Assembly (NCBI GenBank): GCA_964516435.1
Contig: CAZEZP010000051.1
Coordinates: 70,467-134,466, forward strand
Length of the DNA: 64,000 nt
Direction of reading: 5' to 3'
From: an uncultured Kofleriaceae bacterium
Lineage (GTDB): Bacteria; Myxococcota_A; Polyangia; HGW-17
The notes under the pieces are model-generated. The model was not told the DNA's origin. It saw only the letters and a program-made list of their open reading frames with translations, and did no database searches. Within the stretch, counting starts at the first letter, position 1. The number at the start of each line of letters is the position of its first letter. A program made the translations under genes and the position numbers. Of the stretch, positions 48,561-57,415 are shown piece after piece.

Positions 48561-49627
48561 ATGTATGTCACACTGGTTGAAGTTGTTGAGTTGAGTCGAC
48601 TCGAGGAGCCAACTCAAAGGAATCCTCGTGGGCATCAGGCGAATCCAGAAATGTACCCCATTGACCACGCCTTTCTCGTTGTGAATAATCTCCGCTCAGG
48701 CAGGGTGGAATCCATGAATCTTCAGCCAATCAACCCGCAAAAGCTCATCGAAAGTTTCACTTCCTTGAACATCTGGAGCAAAGGGGAAATACGCGCGCCA
48801 CACAAACCGCTTCTTGCTTTGCTGGCCTTAGCTGTGCCCAGAATCAGCCAAGATTGTCAACTTTTGAGGAACTGGAGCCATTGATCCGGCATCTTCTTGT
48901 TACATTCGGTCCACCGGCCAGAGTCATCCATCCCGAATATCCATTCTGGCATATGAAGAACGACGGGATTTGGGAAGTGACAACCTCTGACGGCTATACA
49001 TATGAACCGAGTAGAAGTCCGACGAAGAGGATGCTCTTAAAACATAATGCAAAGGGTGGATTTTTACCCGATATTTTTTCAGCACTCCAGCAGGATCAAG
49101 AACTAATCAATCTTTTGGCCATGCGAATTTTATCTGCCCATTTTCCCGAGTGCCTGCATAACGATATTCTCGATGCAGTCGGCTTGCTACCCGGTGAATT
49201 CGGATCTCCTCCGGCTGCAATACCAGCCACGCGAGATCCTGGATTTCGCGAAAAAGTACTGGTTACCTATGGATATCGTTGTGCAGTTTGCGGCTTTGCG
49301 CTACGCCTCTATGAGAAACCTGTCGGCCTTGAAGCCGCGCATATTAAATGGCGCATGGCAAATGGCCCAGATATCGAATGCAATGGTATTGCCTTCTGTT
49401 CCCTGCATCGCAAATTATTTGACCTCGGATGCTTTACGATTGGCGATGCCAGTCAACTGCTTCTTTCTGATGCGCTCAATAACGCATCTGGTGACGTAGC
49501 GCAAACCACTGGCTTACTGGGAAAAAAATTGTTTCTGCCATCTAGGCAAGACCACCAGCCGAAGGAGGAATATCTTGCATGGCACAGAAAGAATGTTTTC
49601 AAGGGAGATGTCATGCGGAGCGGATGA
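48561..49627 (+). pseudogene. HNH-family (HNH_2/restriction-type) endonuclease gene split by a frameshift near 48850.
   Basis: The N-terminal segment (ORF 48561–48884; MNLQPINPQKLIESFTSLNIWSKGEIRAPHKPLLALLALA…) and the C-terminal segment (ORF 48854–49627, TTG start) are in different frames and overlap by about 30 nt. The C-terminal HNH motifs are GYRCAVCGF…EAAHIKWRMANGPD…NGIAFCSLHRKLFD. Confidence 0.5.
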
Positions 49628-49859
49628 ACGGGCGTCTTTGCCATCATATTTTCCGCACAGTCTCACTGGTCTGGTCCTTTGAAAGTGGCACTAGGGGGGC
49701 ATGGCGAAAAAAGACCTCGCACGACACGTGCAAAATCGTACTGGCGCAGGGTACGACGGATGCGGCATCTGCGTGCGGCGTTGCCTGCGGGCGCGGAATG
49801 CGGCGTCGGCCGGTTCGCCTCGGTGGCGCCCGCATGCAGTGACTGGCGCGCGACGTTTC

Positions 49860-50000
49860 GGGGCATCCGCATCGGATGTGACACACGTGCGCTTCCTGGT
49901 TGCTGCAGAACGGGGTGGACCTGGCAGATGGTGCTGGCGCAACTGGGGCATTCGACGCTGGAGACGACTTCGCGCCATGCGCACACGGCCCTGACCACCC
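49860..50000 (+). pseudogene. Decayed C-terminal fragment of a tyrosine recombinase/phage integrase.
   Basis: Across three reading frames it reads …DVTHVRFLVAAE / LLQNGVDL / WQMVLAQLGHSTLETTSRHAHTAL. This parallels the integrase box-II consensus …[36 protein letters not shown], with at least 2 frameshifts. The catalytic Tyr is replaced (RHAH instead of RYAH). No upstream integrase body is present. Confidence 0.5.
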
Positions 50001-50146
50001 CGCCAAGCGCGGTGCAAACGGCTCCCGCCAAGCGCGATGCAAACGGATCCTGCGAGTCCATCCCCCCAGCCGGGCATCCACTGGATGCACAGAACACCTC
50101 GCCAAGCGCGGGGCAACGGCTCTCGCCAAGCGCGGAGCAACGGCTC
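50000..50146. repeat. Two tandem pairs of a roughly 23-bp direct repeat (4 copies).
   Basis: cgccaagcgcggtgcaaacggctc and cgccaagcgcgatgcaaacggatc are adjacent at about 50001–50048. cgccaagcgcggggcaacggctc and cgccaagcgcggagcaacggctc are adjacent at about 50100–50145. Confidence 0.6.
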
Positions 50147-50258
50147 CCGCAGGTCGCGGCGCGCCTTCGGCAAGGTTCGTCAAGATTCGGTGGCGGAGCG
50201 CTGCAAAATCCGCATCATCAAGGTCCAGAGAATTCACACAGAAACCGAATCCCCGAAA

Positions 50259-50345
50259 ACTGCGGGAGAATTCTGTCCGTCCACACTGCGGGAGAATTCT
50301 GTCTGTCCACAGGGGGGAAAATTCTGTCCGTCCACACTGCGGGAA
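50259..50345. repeat. 3.5 tandem copies of a roughly 26-bp direct repeat.
   Basis: The units are actgcgggagaattctgtccgtccac, actgcgggagaattctgtctgtccac, aggggggaaaattctgtccgtccac and actgcgggaaaattg…. They are directly contiguous with no spacers. Confidence 0.6.
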
Positions 50346-50452
50346 AATTGCGGCCGCCTGCCGGGAAACGCATCAAACAGCTTGCCTTTCCCTTCGCTTG
50401 TTTCCTATAGTGCATCCGGGTCGTTCTTGAACTTTCGAAAGAGGTGAAATCC

Positions 50453-51361
50453 ATGGAAAACATGACACTGGCCATTGGCGGACTCATCGACGGCGGATCG
50501 CTGTTCTTCTTCTTCAGCACCTTCCCCATCCTGTTCTCCATCGTCCTGATTCCCATCGCTTTCCTGATCACGCTGGGAATCCTCAAACTGTACGAGCCCA
50601 AGGACGAAGACTACAAGCCGGATCCGCTCCTGCACATGAAGGCCGGCATGTACTTCCTGCAGATTTTCATGGTGCACCTGCTGGTCATGGGCGTCTTCCA
50701 GTTCATCGACATCATCCTCAGCCAGATGACCGACGAGAAAATCCCGTTCGGCAACATCAAACTGCCCATCGGCGTGCTGGTGGGATCGGGGTCCATGCTC
50801 CTGCTGCTGGAACTGCTCCTGGTGAAGTTCGGCGTGAAGGAAAACTATCATCCCCGGCGCCTGATGTACGGCATCGCCATCTTCCTGTTCGGCTTCTTCG
50901 GCACGGTGGCGACGTTCCTGTTCCTGTCCGGGCTCTTCGAATTCTTCCCCAAGGGCGCCGCGTTCCACGTGCCGCTCGCGGCCATGCTGGTGTACCTGCC
51001 GGTGTTCGTCGTGGGCGTGATCTACTACAAGCACGAATTCGCCGAAGAGAAGGAGGCCCAGACGTTTTTGCCCGCGTCCTTCGTGCAGAAGGCCGACCAG
51101 ATGATGGCCCAGATGCCGGGTGCTTCACTGGCCGGATTCGGCGCTGCTCCTTCTGCGGGTTTCGGCGCGCAGCCGATGGCCCAGCCCATGATGGCCCAGC
51201 CCATGGCGCAACCCATGGCCCAGCAGTTCTCCCAGCCCATGGCCCAGCCGCAGGCCGCCCCGGCCGCCGCGCCCGGAACCTGTTCCACCTGCGGCCAGCC
51301 GGCCCGCTTCATCACCCAGTACAACCGCTACTGGTGCGACACCTGCCAGAAGTACCTCTGA
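50453..51361 (+). CDS. Polytopic membrane protein with C-terminal (M)AQP repeats and a CxxC…CxxC zinc ribbon, hypothetical.
   Basis: The ATG at 50453 follows agaggtgaaa. About 6 TM helices are present. The low-complexity segment is QPMAQPMMAQPMAQPMAQQFSQPMAQP. The terminal ribbon is CSTCGQ…WCDTCQKY. Confidence 0.6.
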   Translation: MENMTLAIGGLIDGGSLFFFFSTFPILFSIVLIPIAFLITLGILKLYEPKDEDYKPDPLLHMKAGMYFLQIFMVHLLVMGVFQFIDIILSQMTDEKIPFGNIKLPIGVLVGSGSMLLLLELLLVKFGVKENYHPRRLMYGIAIFLFGFFGTVATFLFLSGLFEFFPKGAAFHVPLAAMLVYLPVFVVGVIYYKHEFAEEKEAQTFLPASFVQKADQMMAQMPGASLAGFGAAPSAGFGAQPMAQPMMAQPMAQPMAQQFSQPMAQPQAAPAAAPGTCSTCGQPARFITQYNRYWCDTCQKYL

Positions 51362-51408
51362 TTTTCCCGCTTCTTCATCCCCCGGAAAAATAATGTCTTC
51401 CCCGTGAT

Positions 51409-52137
51409 TCAGCGCAGGACGGCGGCCGCGCAGACATCGAGGATCGCGCCCGTCACCTGGTGCGGGCAGAAGAGCATCGAGAGCACGGCATCGGCCACCT
51501 CGTCCGCGGTCGCAAACCGCCCCGTGACGGCGCCGGCCCGCAGGCGCTCCTGGCGCTCCTTGGGAATCACCGCGAGCATGTCGGTTTCCACGGGCCCCGG
51601 CGCCACGGCATTGACGGTGACGCCATAGGCCCCCAGTTGCAGGGCGAAACTCTTGGTGGCATTGATCAGCGCCGCCTTGGTGGCGCCGTACCAGACATCG
51701 GGATGGCCGATATAGCCGGCGATGGACGCCACGTTGACCACGGCCCCGCCCCGGCGCTCCATCATTCCCGGCGCGACCGCGCGCATGAGTTCCACGGGAG
51801 CCACGAGATTCACGCGCAGGGAACGCTCGCGCATGTCATCGGGATAATCCTTCCACGTCAGCGCGTGCATCACACCGGCATTGTTGACCAGCACGGACAC
51901 GGGCCCCAACGCATCCACCATTTCGCCGATCCGCTCCACATCGTACAGATCGAAGGAAACCGTCTGCACCCGCGATTCCACCCCTGCAAAAGCGCCCTCG
52001 GGGAAACTCCGCGCCAGCGCCACCACGTCGAACCCCTCCTGCGCCAGTTTCCGCACCACCGCGCGGCCGATTCCCCGGCTGGCTCCGGTCACCAGTGCAA
52101 CACCAAGCGATTGCAATCCTTTTTTTCGATCTTGCAT
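51409..52137 (-). CDS. SDR-family short-chain dehydrogenase/reductase.
   Basis: VALVTGASRGIGRAV is the TGxxxGxG cofactor motif. NAG is present, the active site is YGATKAAL (YxxxK), and the protein is 242 aa. Confidence 0.8.
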   Translation of the reverse strand: MQDRKKGLQSLGVALVTGASRGIGRAVVRKLAQEGFDVVALARSFPEGAFAGVESRVQTVSFDLYDVERIGEMVDALGPVSVLVNNAGVMHALTWKDYPDDMRERSLRVNLVAPVELMRAVAPGMMERRGGAVVNVASIAGYIGHPDVWYGATKAALINATKSFALQLGAYGVTVNAVAPGPVETDMLAVIPKERQERLRAGAVTGRFATADEVADAVLSMLFCPHQVTGAILDVCAAAVLR

Positions 52138-52172
52138 GAAATTTTTCCTTTTTTATTGCAATAAAATTTCAT

Positions 52173-53096
52173 TCAACCGATGACAGGCCACTTGCGGGCG
52201 GCCACCATCTCGTCCATGGCCTTCTGCATGGTGCCCACCACCTCGTCATAGCAGGACTGGAGGAAGGCTTCATCCCCGAGACGCTCATGTCCGCCGGGCC
52301 ACTGCATGGGCGGCAGGAACCGGATGTCCATCTTGGCCGGAAGCGGCAGGTAGGGGAAGAACCCCAGCGTGATCCCGGCCGGAAGCGCGAAAGCGATCGG
52401 ACAGACCTCCGTGCGCAGGCGTTTCTTGAGGTCCAGCATCGCGGCCAGCTTCTCTCCCCGCGTGAGCACCACCCAGGCTTCGTGCGCGCCCACGGAAACC
52501 ACGGGCACGATGGGAACCCGCGCCTGCATAGCAATGCGCAAGAATCCCTTGCGATTGGCGAACTCGATGCGGTTGCGCATGGAAAACGGCCGGAAGGTGT
52601 CCATGTCGCCGCCCGGATACACCAGCACCAGCCCGCCGGCGTCCAGCCCCATGCGCGCGGCATCCGGGTGGGCGCGCAGGCCGCCCACGCGCTGCAGAAA
52701 ATCCGCCAGGGAAGGTTCCCGGTAGAGATAATCGTGCCCCAGCGCATATACCGCCCGTTCGAAGCCCTGGTCTTCCAGGAGCGCCCCCACCGTGAGGAAG
52801 GAATCCACCGGCTGCAGGCCACCGTTGTGGTTGCCCACCAGCAGGGCGGCGCCCTCCCGGGGAACGTGCTCGAACCCTTCCACTTCCAGGCGGAAGTAGC
52901 GCCGGGCCAGCGGCATGATGATCCCGGTCAACTGCCGGACGAATTCCGGATCGCGCATCTCCGGATGGAACCCGGCGTCCGGGCGGGGCGGATCCATGCC
53001 CAGCAGGAGGCGGCCGTAGCGGTACAGGGTCACCGGCGGCACCAGATAGGTGGCCGCCGCGGAAAACAGCGATTTCCATCCGGATTCCTGCGTCAT
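52173..53096 (-). CDS. Lysophospholipid (1-acyl-sn-glycerol-3-phosphate) acyltransferase family protein.
   Basis: The start is at MTQESGW within the ORF 52173–53201. The acyltransferase motif I is LLVGNHNGGLQPVD (HxxxxD). A later YPGG-type motif is VLVYPGGDMD. Confidence 0.7.
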   Translation of the reverse strand: MTQESGWKSLFSAAATYLVPPVTLYRYGRLLLGMDPPRPDAGFHPEMRDPEFVRQLTGIIMPLARRYFRLEVEGFEHVPREGAALLVGNHNGGLQPVDSFLTVGALLEDQGFERAVYALGHDYLYREPSLADFLQRVGGLRAHPDAARMGLDAGGLVLVYPGGDMDTFRPFSMRNRIEFANRKGFLRIAMQARVPIVPVVSVGAHEAWVVLTRGEKLAAMLDLKKRLRTEVCPIAFALPAGITLGFFPYLPLPAKMDIRFLPPMQWPGGHERLGDEAFLQSCYDEVVGTMQKAMDEMVAARKWPVIG

Positions 53097-53122
53097 GACC
53101 GGAACACCTTCTCCTGGAGGTT

Positions 53123-53746
53123 TCACTTCGACTGCAATTCGATGGTCTGGCGATCCACGAAGTTGGCCTTGGTTTCCAGGGAAGTGCGGGTGATCTCCCA
53201 CAGGATGTCCTTGAGCACATAGGTGCCCTTGGCCTCATAGCCGCGCGCGATGGCGATGCGCAGGGATACCGGCGCCCCTTTGGGCGGCTTGAATCCCTTG
53301 CGTCGCACGGAAAGGAAACTCACCTCGTTGCTGCCCTGGCGGAAATACGTGGTGATGTCCACTACTTCCTGGTCCTTTCCGCCCAGCACCCGCCGCACGA
53401 ATTTGCCGTTGACGTGCACGTCGATGTCATAGCCGGCATCGGCCCGGTCCGGCTTCGGGAAGGTCACGAGATAGAAACTGGTAGCCTTGTCCGGCTCCGC
53501 CGCCGGCGTCCTGGCAGGCTCCTTCGTGCCGCCCAGCGCCTCGAAACTGTAGCCGGGCGCGATGATGTACAGATTGCCCTTGCTGTCGAACTTGATGTTG
53601 ACGCACTTGAGTTCGACATCGGTGATGAGGTATGAAGCCAGATCGATGTCATTGATGAAGATTTTCTTGCCCGCCTGCTGGGCTGCCGCCGGCCGGGGCC
53701 CCGCCAGTAGCATCGCAAAAGCCAGTACCGCCATCATCCGTTTCAT
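53123..53746 (-). CDS. Secreted hypothetical protein.
   Basis: The start MKRMMAVLAFAMLLAGPRPAAAQ gives a signal peptide. The rest is a beta-rich 180-aa domain. It is the last gene of the SDR-acyltransferase operon on the minus strand. Confidence 0.5.
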   Translation of the reverse strand: MKRMMAVLAFAMLLAGPRPAAAQQAGKKIFINDIDLASYLITDVELKCVNIKFDSKGNLYIIAPGYSFEALGGTKEPARTPAAEPDKATSFYLVTFPKPDRADAGYDIDVHVNGKFVRRVLGGKDQEVVDITTYFRQGSNEVSFLSVRRKGFKPPKGAPVSLRIAIARGYEAKGTYVLKDILWEITRTSLETKANFVDRQTIELQSK

Positions 53747-53848
53747 CGTGACGCTCCTTTCCCCCGCGCGCCGCATGCGAAACGCGGGAAAACGACGTTT
53801 CCTCCATCTTCCTACGCGCTGCATCCGCGCCTATTCTGCCGCTCCCGC

Positions 53849-55249
53849 TCAACGCCGGAAATGGGGATACTGGCAGCAGGGATCGGTCTGCGGGCAGGTG
53901 CAGGTCCCTCCCGCATGGCAGCAGGGCGCGGATGGCGCAGTGCAATCATAGCGCAGGCACCGGAACATGGCGCGGTCCTGCGGATAATCCACGGTAAACT
54001 CGAAAAAACTCAAAAACGGGTGCCCCAGCACGAGGTCGATTTGGGGCAGATCCGGAAGCGTCTCGGCCCACAGCCCCTGCCAGTACTGGCGCGAGGAATC
54101 CACCTCGGCCACCGAGAAACCCTGGTTCTGGTTGTTGCGCTGCAGATCCACCTCGGCCACGGCCGCACCCGAGCTTTCCGCATCCCGGAAGTACGGGTTG
54201 GGAAGCGTCGGATTGCGCCGGGCCCATTCCTGTCCGCGGCGCCGGGCCAGTTCCTCGCAGGCGCCCAGGCTGGACGACACCCCCCCGATGACCGCCAGCC
54301 GGGCGATGTTGACGATCTGCCGCGTCATCTGCACGCCCTCGGGCAAAGGCAGCGCCACATCCCGGATATCGGGGATCTGGCCGCGCCGTTCCATGTCTGA
54401 GCGGATGCGCGCGAATCCGCCGTCGGTGGTCATCAGCGTGGGCGTTCCCGTCGCCACGAGCGCGAACATGTCCACACCGGAGACCGGATAGCGCCCATCG
54501 ACCGCGGGCGGTCCCAGCGTCGGATCGTCGGGGCGCAGGGGAAAGGGGTCGGGATTCATGCACACCTGGACCGTGACCCGGGTAGCCGGCAGATCATGCA
54601 CATGACCATCCAGCATGAACTGGCCGCCGCCGCCCAGTTGGTACGGCACCAGGGCGTATCCGTCGGCGGCCAGATCCGATGCCGTCGCCGGCTGCTCCCG
54701 GAGCAGGAGGATATTGGGCCAGAAGCGATCTTCCTCGTCCCAGAAGAAGGAACACTGGCGGTCCTCGCGGTAGAAGAAGCGCACAGCGAACTTGCGCAGG
54801 ACGTCTCCCCCCAGGATGCCCTGAAGTTCCACCCCCGGCATGAGTTTCTGCACGTCGGGGACGGCCCATGCCTGCAGACTCGAGAAAGCCACGCGGGCCG
54901 CCACGGGCTGCCCCGTCCCTGCGGAAAGCGCATCCACCACGGCCAGGCTGGTGGTGCGAAACACCATGGCACCTGTAGGCAGAGCCGCATCCTGAATGAC
55001 CGACATGGGCGCCTCGGTGGCGATGACGAAGGACTGCACGTCGGCTGAGCCGGCCAGTGGCGCCGAGGAATGCGCGGCATAATCCAGGACCACGCCCACC
55101 ATGGGCAGACGGGGACCAGCCGCATCATCCTGGGGCCGCACCTGGATGGGGATGCAGTATTCCAGAAACAGCAGGCTGTCGCCGGAACCGCAGGATGCCG
55201 TCGAGAGGAGAACGAATGCGACTGCTGCGAGAATCCGTTTGGCCCGCAT
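53849..55249 (-). CDS. Lipoprotein with a Cys-rich C-terminal tail, hypothetical.
   Basis: MRAKRILAAVAFVLLSTASCG gives a signal peptide plus lipobox. The C-terminus is CLRYDCTAPSAPCCHAGGTCTCPQTDPCCQYPHF. Confidence 0.5.
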   Translation of the reverse strand: MRAKRILAAVAFVLLSTASCGSGDSLLFLEYCIPIQVRPQDDAAGPRLPMVGVVLDYAAHSSAPLAGSADVQSFVIATEAPMSVIQDAALPTGAMVFRTTSLAVVDALSAGTGQPVAARVAFSSLQAWAVPDVQKLMPGVELQGILGGDVLRKFAVRFFYREDRQCSFFWDEEDRFWPNILLLREQPATASDLAADGYALVPYQLGGGGQFMLDGHVHDLPATRVTVQVCMNPDPFPLRPDDPTLGPPAVDGRYPVSGVDMFALVATGTPTLMTTDGGFARIRSDMERRGQIPDIRDVALPLPEGVQMTRQIVNIARLAVIGGVSSSLGACEELARRRGQEWARRNPTLPNPYFRDAESSGAAVAEVDLQRNNQNQGFSVAEVDSSRQYWQGLWAETLPDLPQIDLVLGHPFLSFFEFTVDYPQDRAMFRCLRYDCTAPSAPCCHAGGTCTCPQTDPCCQYPHFRR

Positions 55250-55303
55250 GCCGGGCAGTCTTTCATGAACGATTCGGAAAATCAAGGGATGGAAGGAAGG
55301 AAA

Positions 55304-56128
55304 CTATTCGAAGCAAGTGGGGTCGTTGGGGTTGCAGCGCATGATCGTCATCGGTTGCGTGTCCCCGCCGCCGCTCATGCCCGAACCGCCGCCCGAACCG
55401 CCGCGCGGAGTCCGTCCGCCGCCCATCGGAGCCGTAGTGTCGCCGCCGGTCTCCGTGGAGGCCTGGGCCTTGAGCCTGGCAGCCTCTTCCTCGGCCTTGG
55501 CCAGTTTTTCCTTGAGTTCCTTGTTCTCCGCCTGCGCCTCGTCCAGTTTCTTCTGGATGCTCTTCTGGCCCTCGTTGAGATTCTGCAGTTCGGACAGCAT
55601 CTTTTCCTGAGTCTTCTTGGCTTCCTGCTCGGCGGCCAGCGCACGCTTGCGCTCGGCTTCCGCCTTGGAATTGCCGTTGATGAAGGCGAACACGGCAAAC
55701 GCGCCGAGCACCACCAGCCCCACCACGAGCCCGATGACCATGCCCTTGCTCTGTTTGGGCTGCTGGGCCGGCTGCTGCATGGCGCCCATCTCGGCCATCA
55801 TCTGCTCGCGCAGGCGCTGCTGCTCCATCATCATCTGCTGCTGGAACATCTGCTGCATGCGCTCGCGCTCGGCCTGCAACTGGGCCTGCAACTCCATCTG
55901 CGCGGCCTGGGCCTTGCGAGCGGCTTCCTCCCGCCGGATGCGCTCCTCCTCCTCGCGGATGCGGCGCTCCTCTTCCTCGCGGCGGCGGCGCTCTTCCTCC
56001 TCGGCACGGCGACGCTCCTCCTCGGCGCGACGGCGTTCTTCCTCCTCCTGCTGCTGCAGGCGATCCTTCTCGATTTTGCGCAGTTCCTTGAGGGAGAAAA
56101 GCACGGAGTTTTCACGTTTGTCGCTCAT
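55304..56128 (-). CDS. Single-pass membrane protein with an extreme Glu/Arg-rich coiled-coil N-domain, hypothetical.
   Basis: The start is MSDKRENSVLFSLKEL. The charged repeat is EEEERRRAEEERRRAEEEERRRREEEERRIREEEERIRREE. The TM helix is MVIGLVVGLVVLGAFAVFAFI. A second coiled coil and a Gly-rich tail ending CNPNDPTC follow. Confidence 0.5.
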   Translation of the reverse strand: MSDKRENSVLFSLKELRKIEKDRLQQQEEEERRRAEEERRRAEEEERRRREEEERRIREEEERIRREEAARKAQAAQMELQAQLQAERERMQQMFQQQMMMEQQRLREQMMAEMGAMQQPAQQPKQSKGMVIGLVVGLVVLGAFAVFAFINGNSKAEAERKRALAAEQEAKKTQEKMLSELQNLNEGQKSIQKKLDEAQAENKELKEKLAKAEEEAARLKAQASTETGGDTTAPMGGGRTPRGGSGGGSGMSGGGDTQPMTIMRCNPNDPTCFE

Positions 56129-56332
56129 GGGATTCACCTTTCTGCGGCATGCGGCGAACGGCCACAACGGCCGATCTCGGGCAACAGTTTATAGTGGATT
56201 CGCAAATTTCTTTCAATGTTTTTTCCAGGGGTCGCCGAATCGGCAGCCGCCCGTAAAGACATGCGCGGAAGTTTTCCTTGCTCCCGCATCCCGAACGGAA
56301 TACAAGAGTTCAGCCTTGCCAAGGAGGAAGAC

Positions 56333-57415
56333 ATGCGAAAATGGCTGATCCTGTTGAGCCTCTGGATCGCGGGCAGCGCGTGCGATCCCTTCCACACGCA
56401 ATTCGACGACGAGGAGCCGGCCCGCGCCTACCGGGCCAGAACCATCCAGGGCGACGACCAGGAAAAAGACGTTCTCACGGTGATGACCTGGAACATCAAG
56501 TACGGCGGCGGGCGGATCCTCTTCTTCTGGGAGTGCGGGGGAACCCGCGGAAACATGACCGGCGACGAGGTGCGCAACCACCTGGACGGCATCGCGGCCA
56601 AGATCCGGGAACTGGACCCCGACATCGTGCTGCTGCAGGAAGTGGACGTGCTGTCCAAGCGTTCCGCGTACGTGGACCAGGTGCAGTACCTGCTGGATCA
56701 CACCCACCTGAACTACGGCTACTACGCCAGTGCCTGGAAGGCCGATTTCATCCCGTCCGACGGACTGGGCCGCATGGATTCCGGAAACGCCATCCTGTCG
56801 CGCTGGAAACTGGCCGACGGCCGGCGTATCGCGCTGCCGCTCATCGGCAACTATTCGGCCATCGAGAAATACTTCTACCTCAAGCGCAACATCCTCACGG
56901 CCCGCGTGCTGCACCCGCGCCGCCCATTCATCGTGGCCAACGTCCACACGGAGGCCTTCGCCGAGGACGACACGAAGAAGAAGCACCTGGAAAAATTCCA
57001 CGCGGTGCTCTCCGAACTGGCGCAGCAGAACGTCCCCTTCGTGGCCGGGGGAGATCTCAACTCCATTCCCAAGGCATCGCCGCAGCGCAAGGACTTCCCG
57101 GACGATTCCTGCGGGGATGCCCGCTTCAAGGGCGACGACTATACCGGCGAGGACGACTGGCTCGATCCCCTCTTCGCCGATTTTTACAGCGCTGTTCCGC
57201 CCGACGTCTTCGCGGCCGATCCCGAATCGTACTTCACGTTCGTGGGCTCCGACGGCTCTCTGCCGTGGAACCGCTGCCTGGACTACCTGTTCTCCAACCA
57301 CCCCTTCGTGGACGGTTCCGGCCGCGTGGAGCAGTCCGCGCAGCCGCCCTCGCCCGATCCCCGCCAACTCTCCGACCATGCCCCCCTGCTGGCCAACTGG
57401 GAGGTGCCGCAATGA
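56333..57415 (+). CDS. Endonuclease/exonuclease/phosphatase (EEP) family lipoprotein.
   Basis: The ATG at 56333 follows aggagg. The lipobox is WIAGSAC. Motifs …VMTWNIKYGGG…, LLQEVD, GGDLNS and the terminal SDHAPL are EEP catalytic signatures. Confidence 0.7.
   Translation: MRKWLILLSLWIAGSACDPFHTQFDDEEPARAYRARTIQGDDQEKDVLTVMTWNIKYGGGRILFFWECGGTRGNMTGDEVRNHLDGIAAKIRELDPDIVLLQEVDVLSKRSAYVDQVQYLLDHTHLNYGYYASAWKADFIPSDGLGRMDSGNAILSRWKLADGRRIALPLIGNYSAIEKYFYLKRNILTARVLHPRRPFIVANVHTEAFAEDDTKKKHLEKFHAVLSELAQQNVPFVAGGDLNSIPKASPQRKDFPDDSCGDARFKGDDYTGEDDWLDPLFADFYSAVPPDVFAADPESYFTFVGSDGSLPWNRCLDYLFSNHPFVDGSGRVEQSAQPPSPDPRQLSDHAPLLANWEVPQ

Larger units (their letters stand above)
46100..49650. mobile_element. 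Low-GC (about 40%) horizontally acquired island (defunct integrative element) in a roughly 65% GC genome.
   Basis: Nucleotide composition drops abruptly at about 46100 and rises again at about 49640. The island carries two divergent foreign genes (a secreted 712-aa protein and an HNH nuclease). It is bounded on the right by a decayed tyrosine-integrase fragment and tandem repeats. Confidence 0.55.

Noticed and set aside
50000-50345. Possible CRISPR array
   Set aside because: The repeats are directly contiguous tandem units without unique spacers, and no cas genes are nearby.
49679-50430. Three overlapping plus-strand ORFs (243, 97 and 176 aa)
   Set aside because: As intact genes they are not credible. 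They carry only a frameshifted integrase C-terminal remnant and otherwise translate the tandem-repeat DNA.
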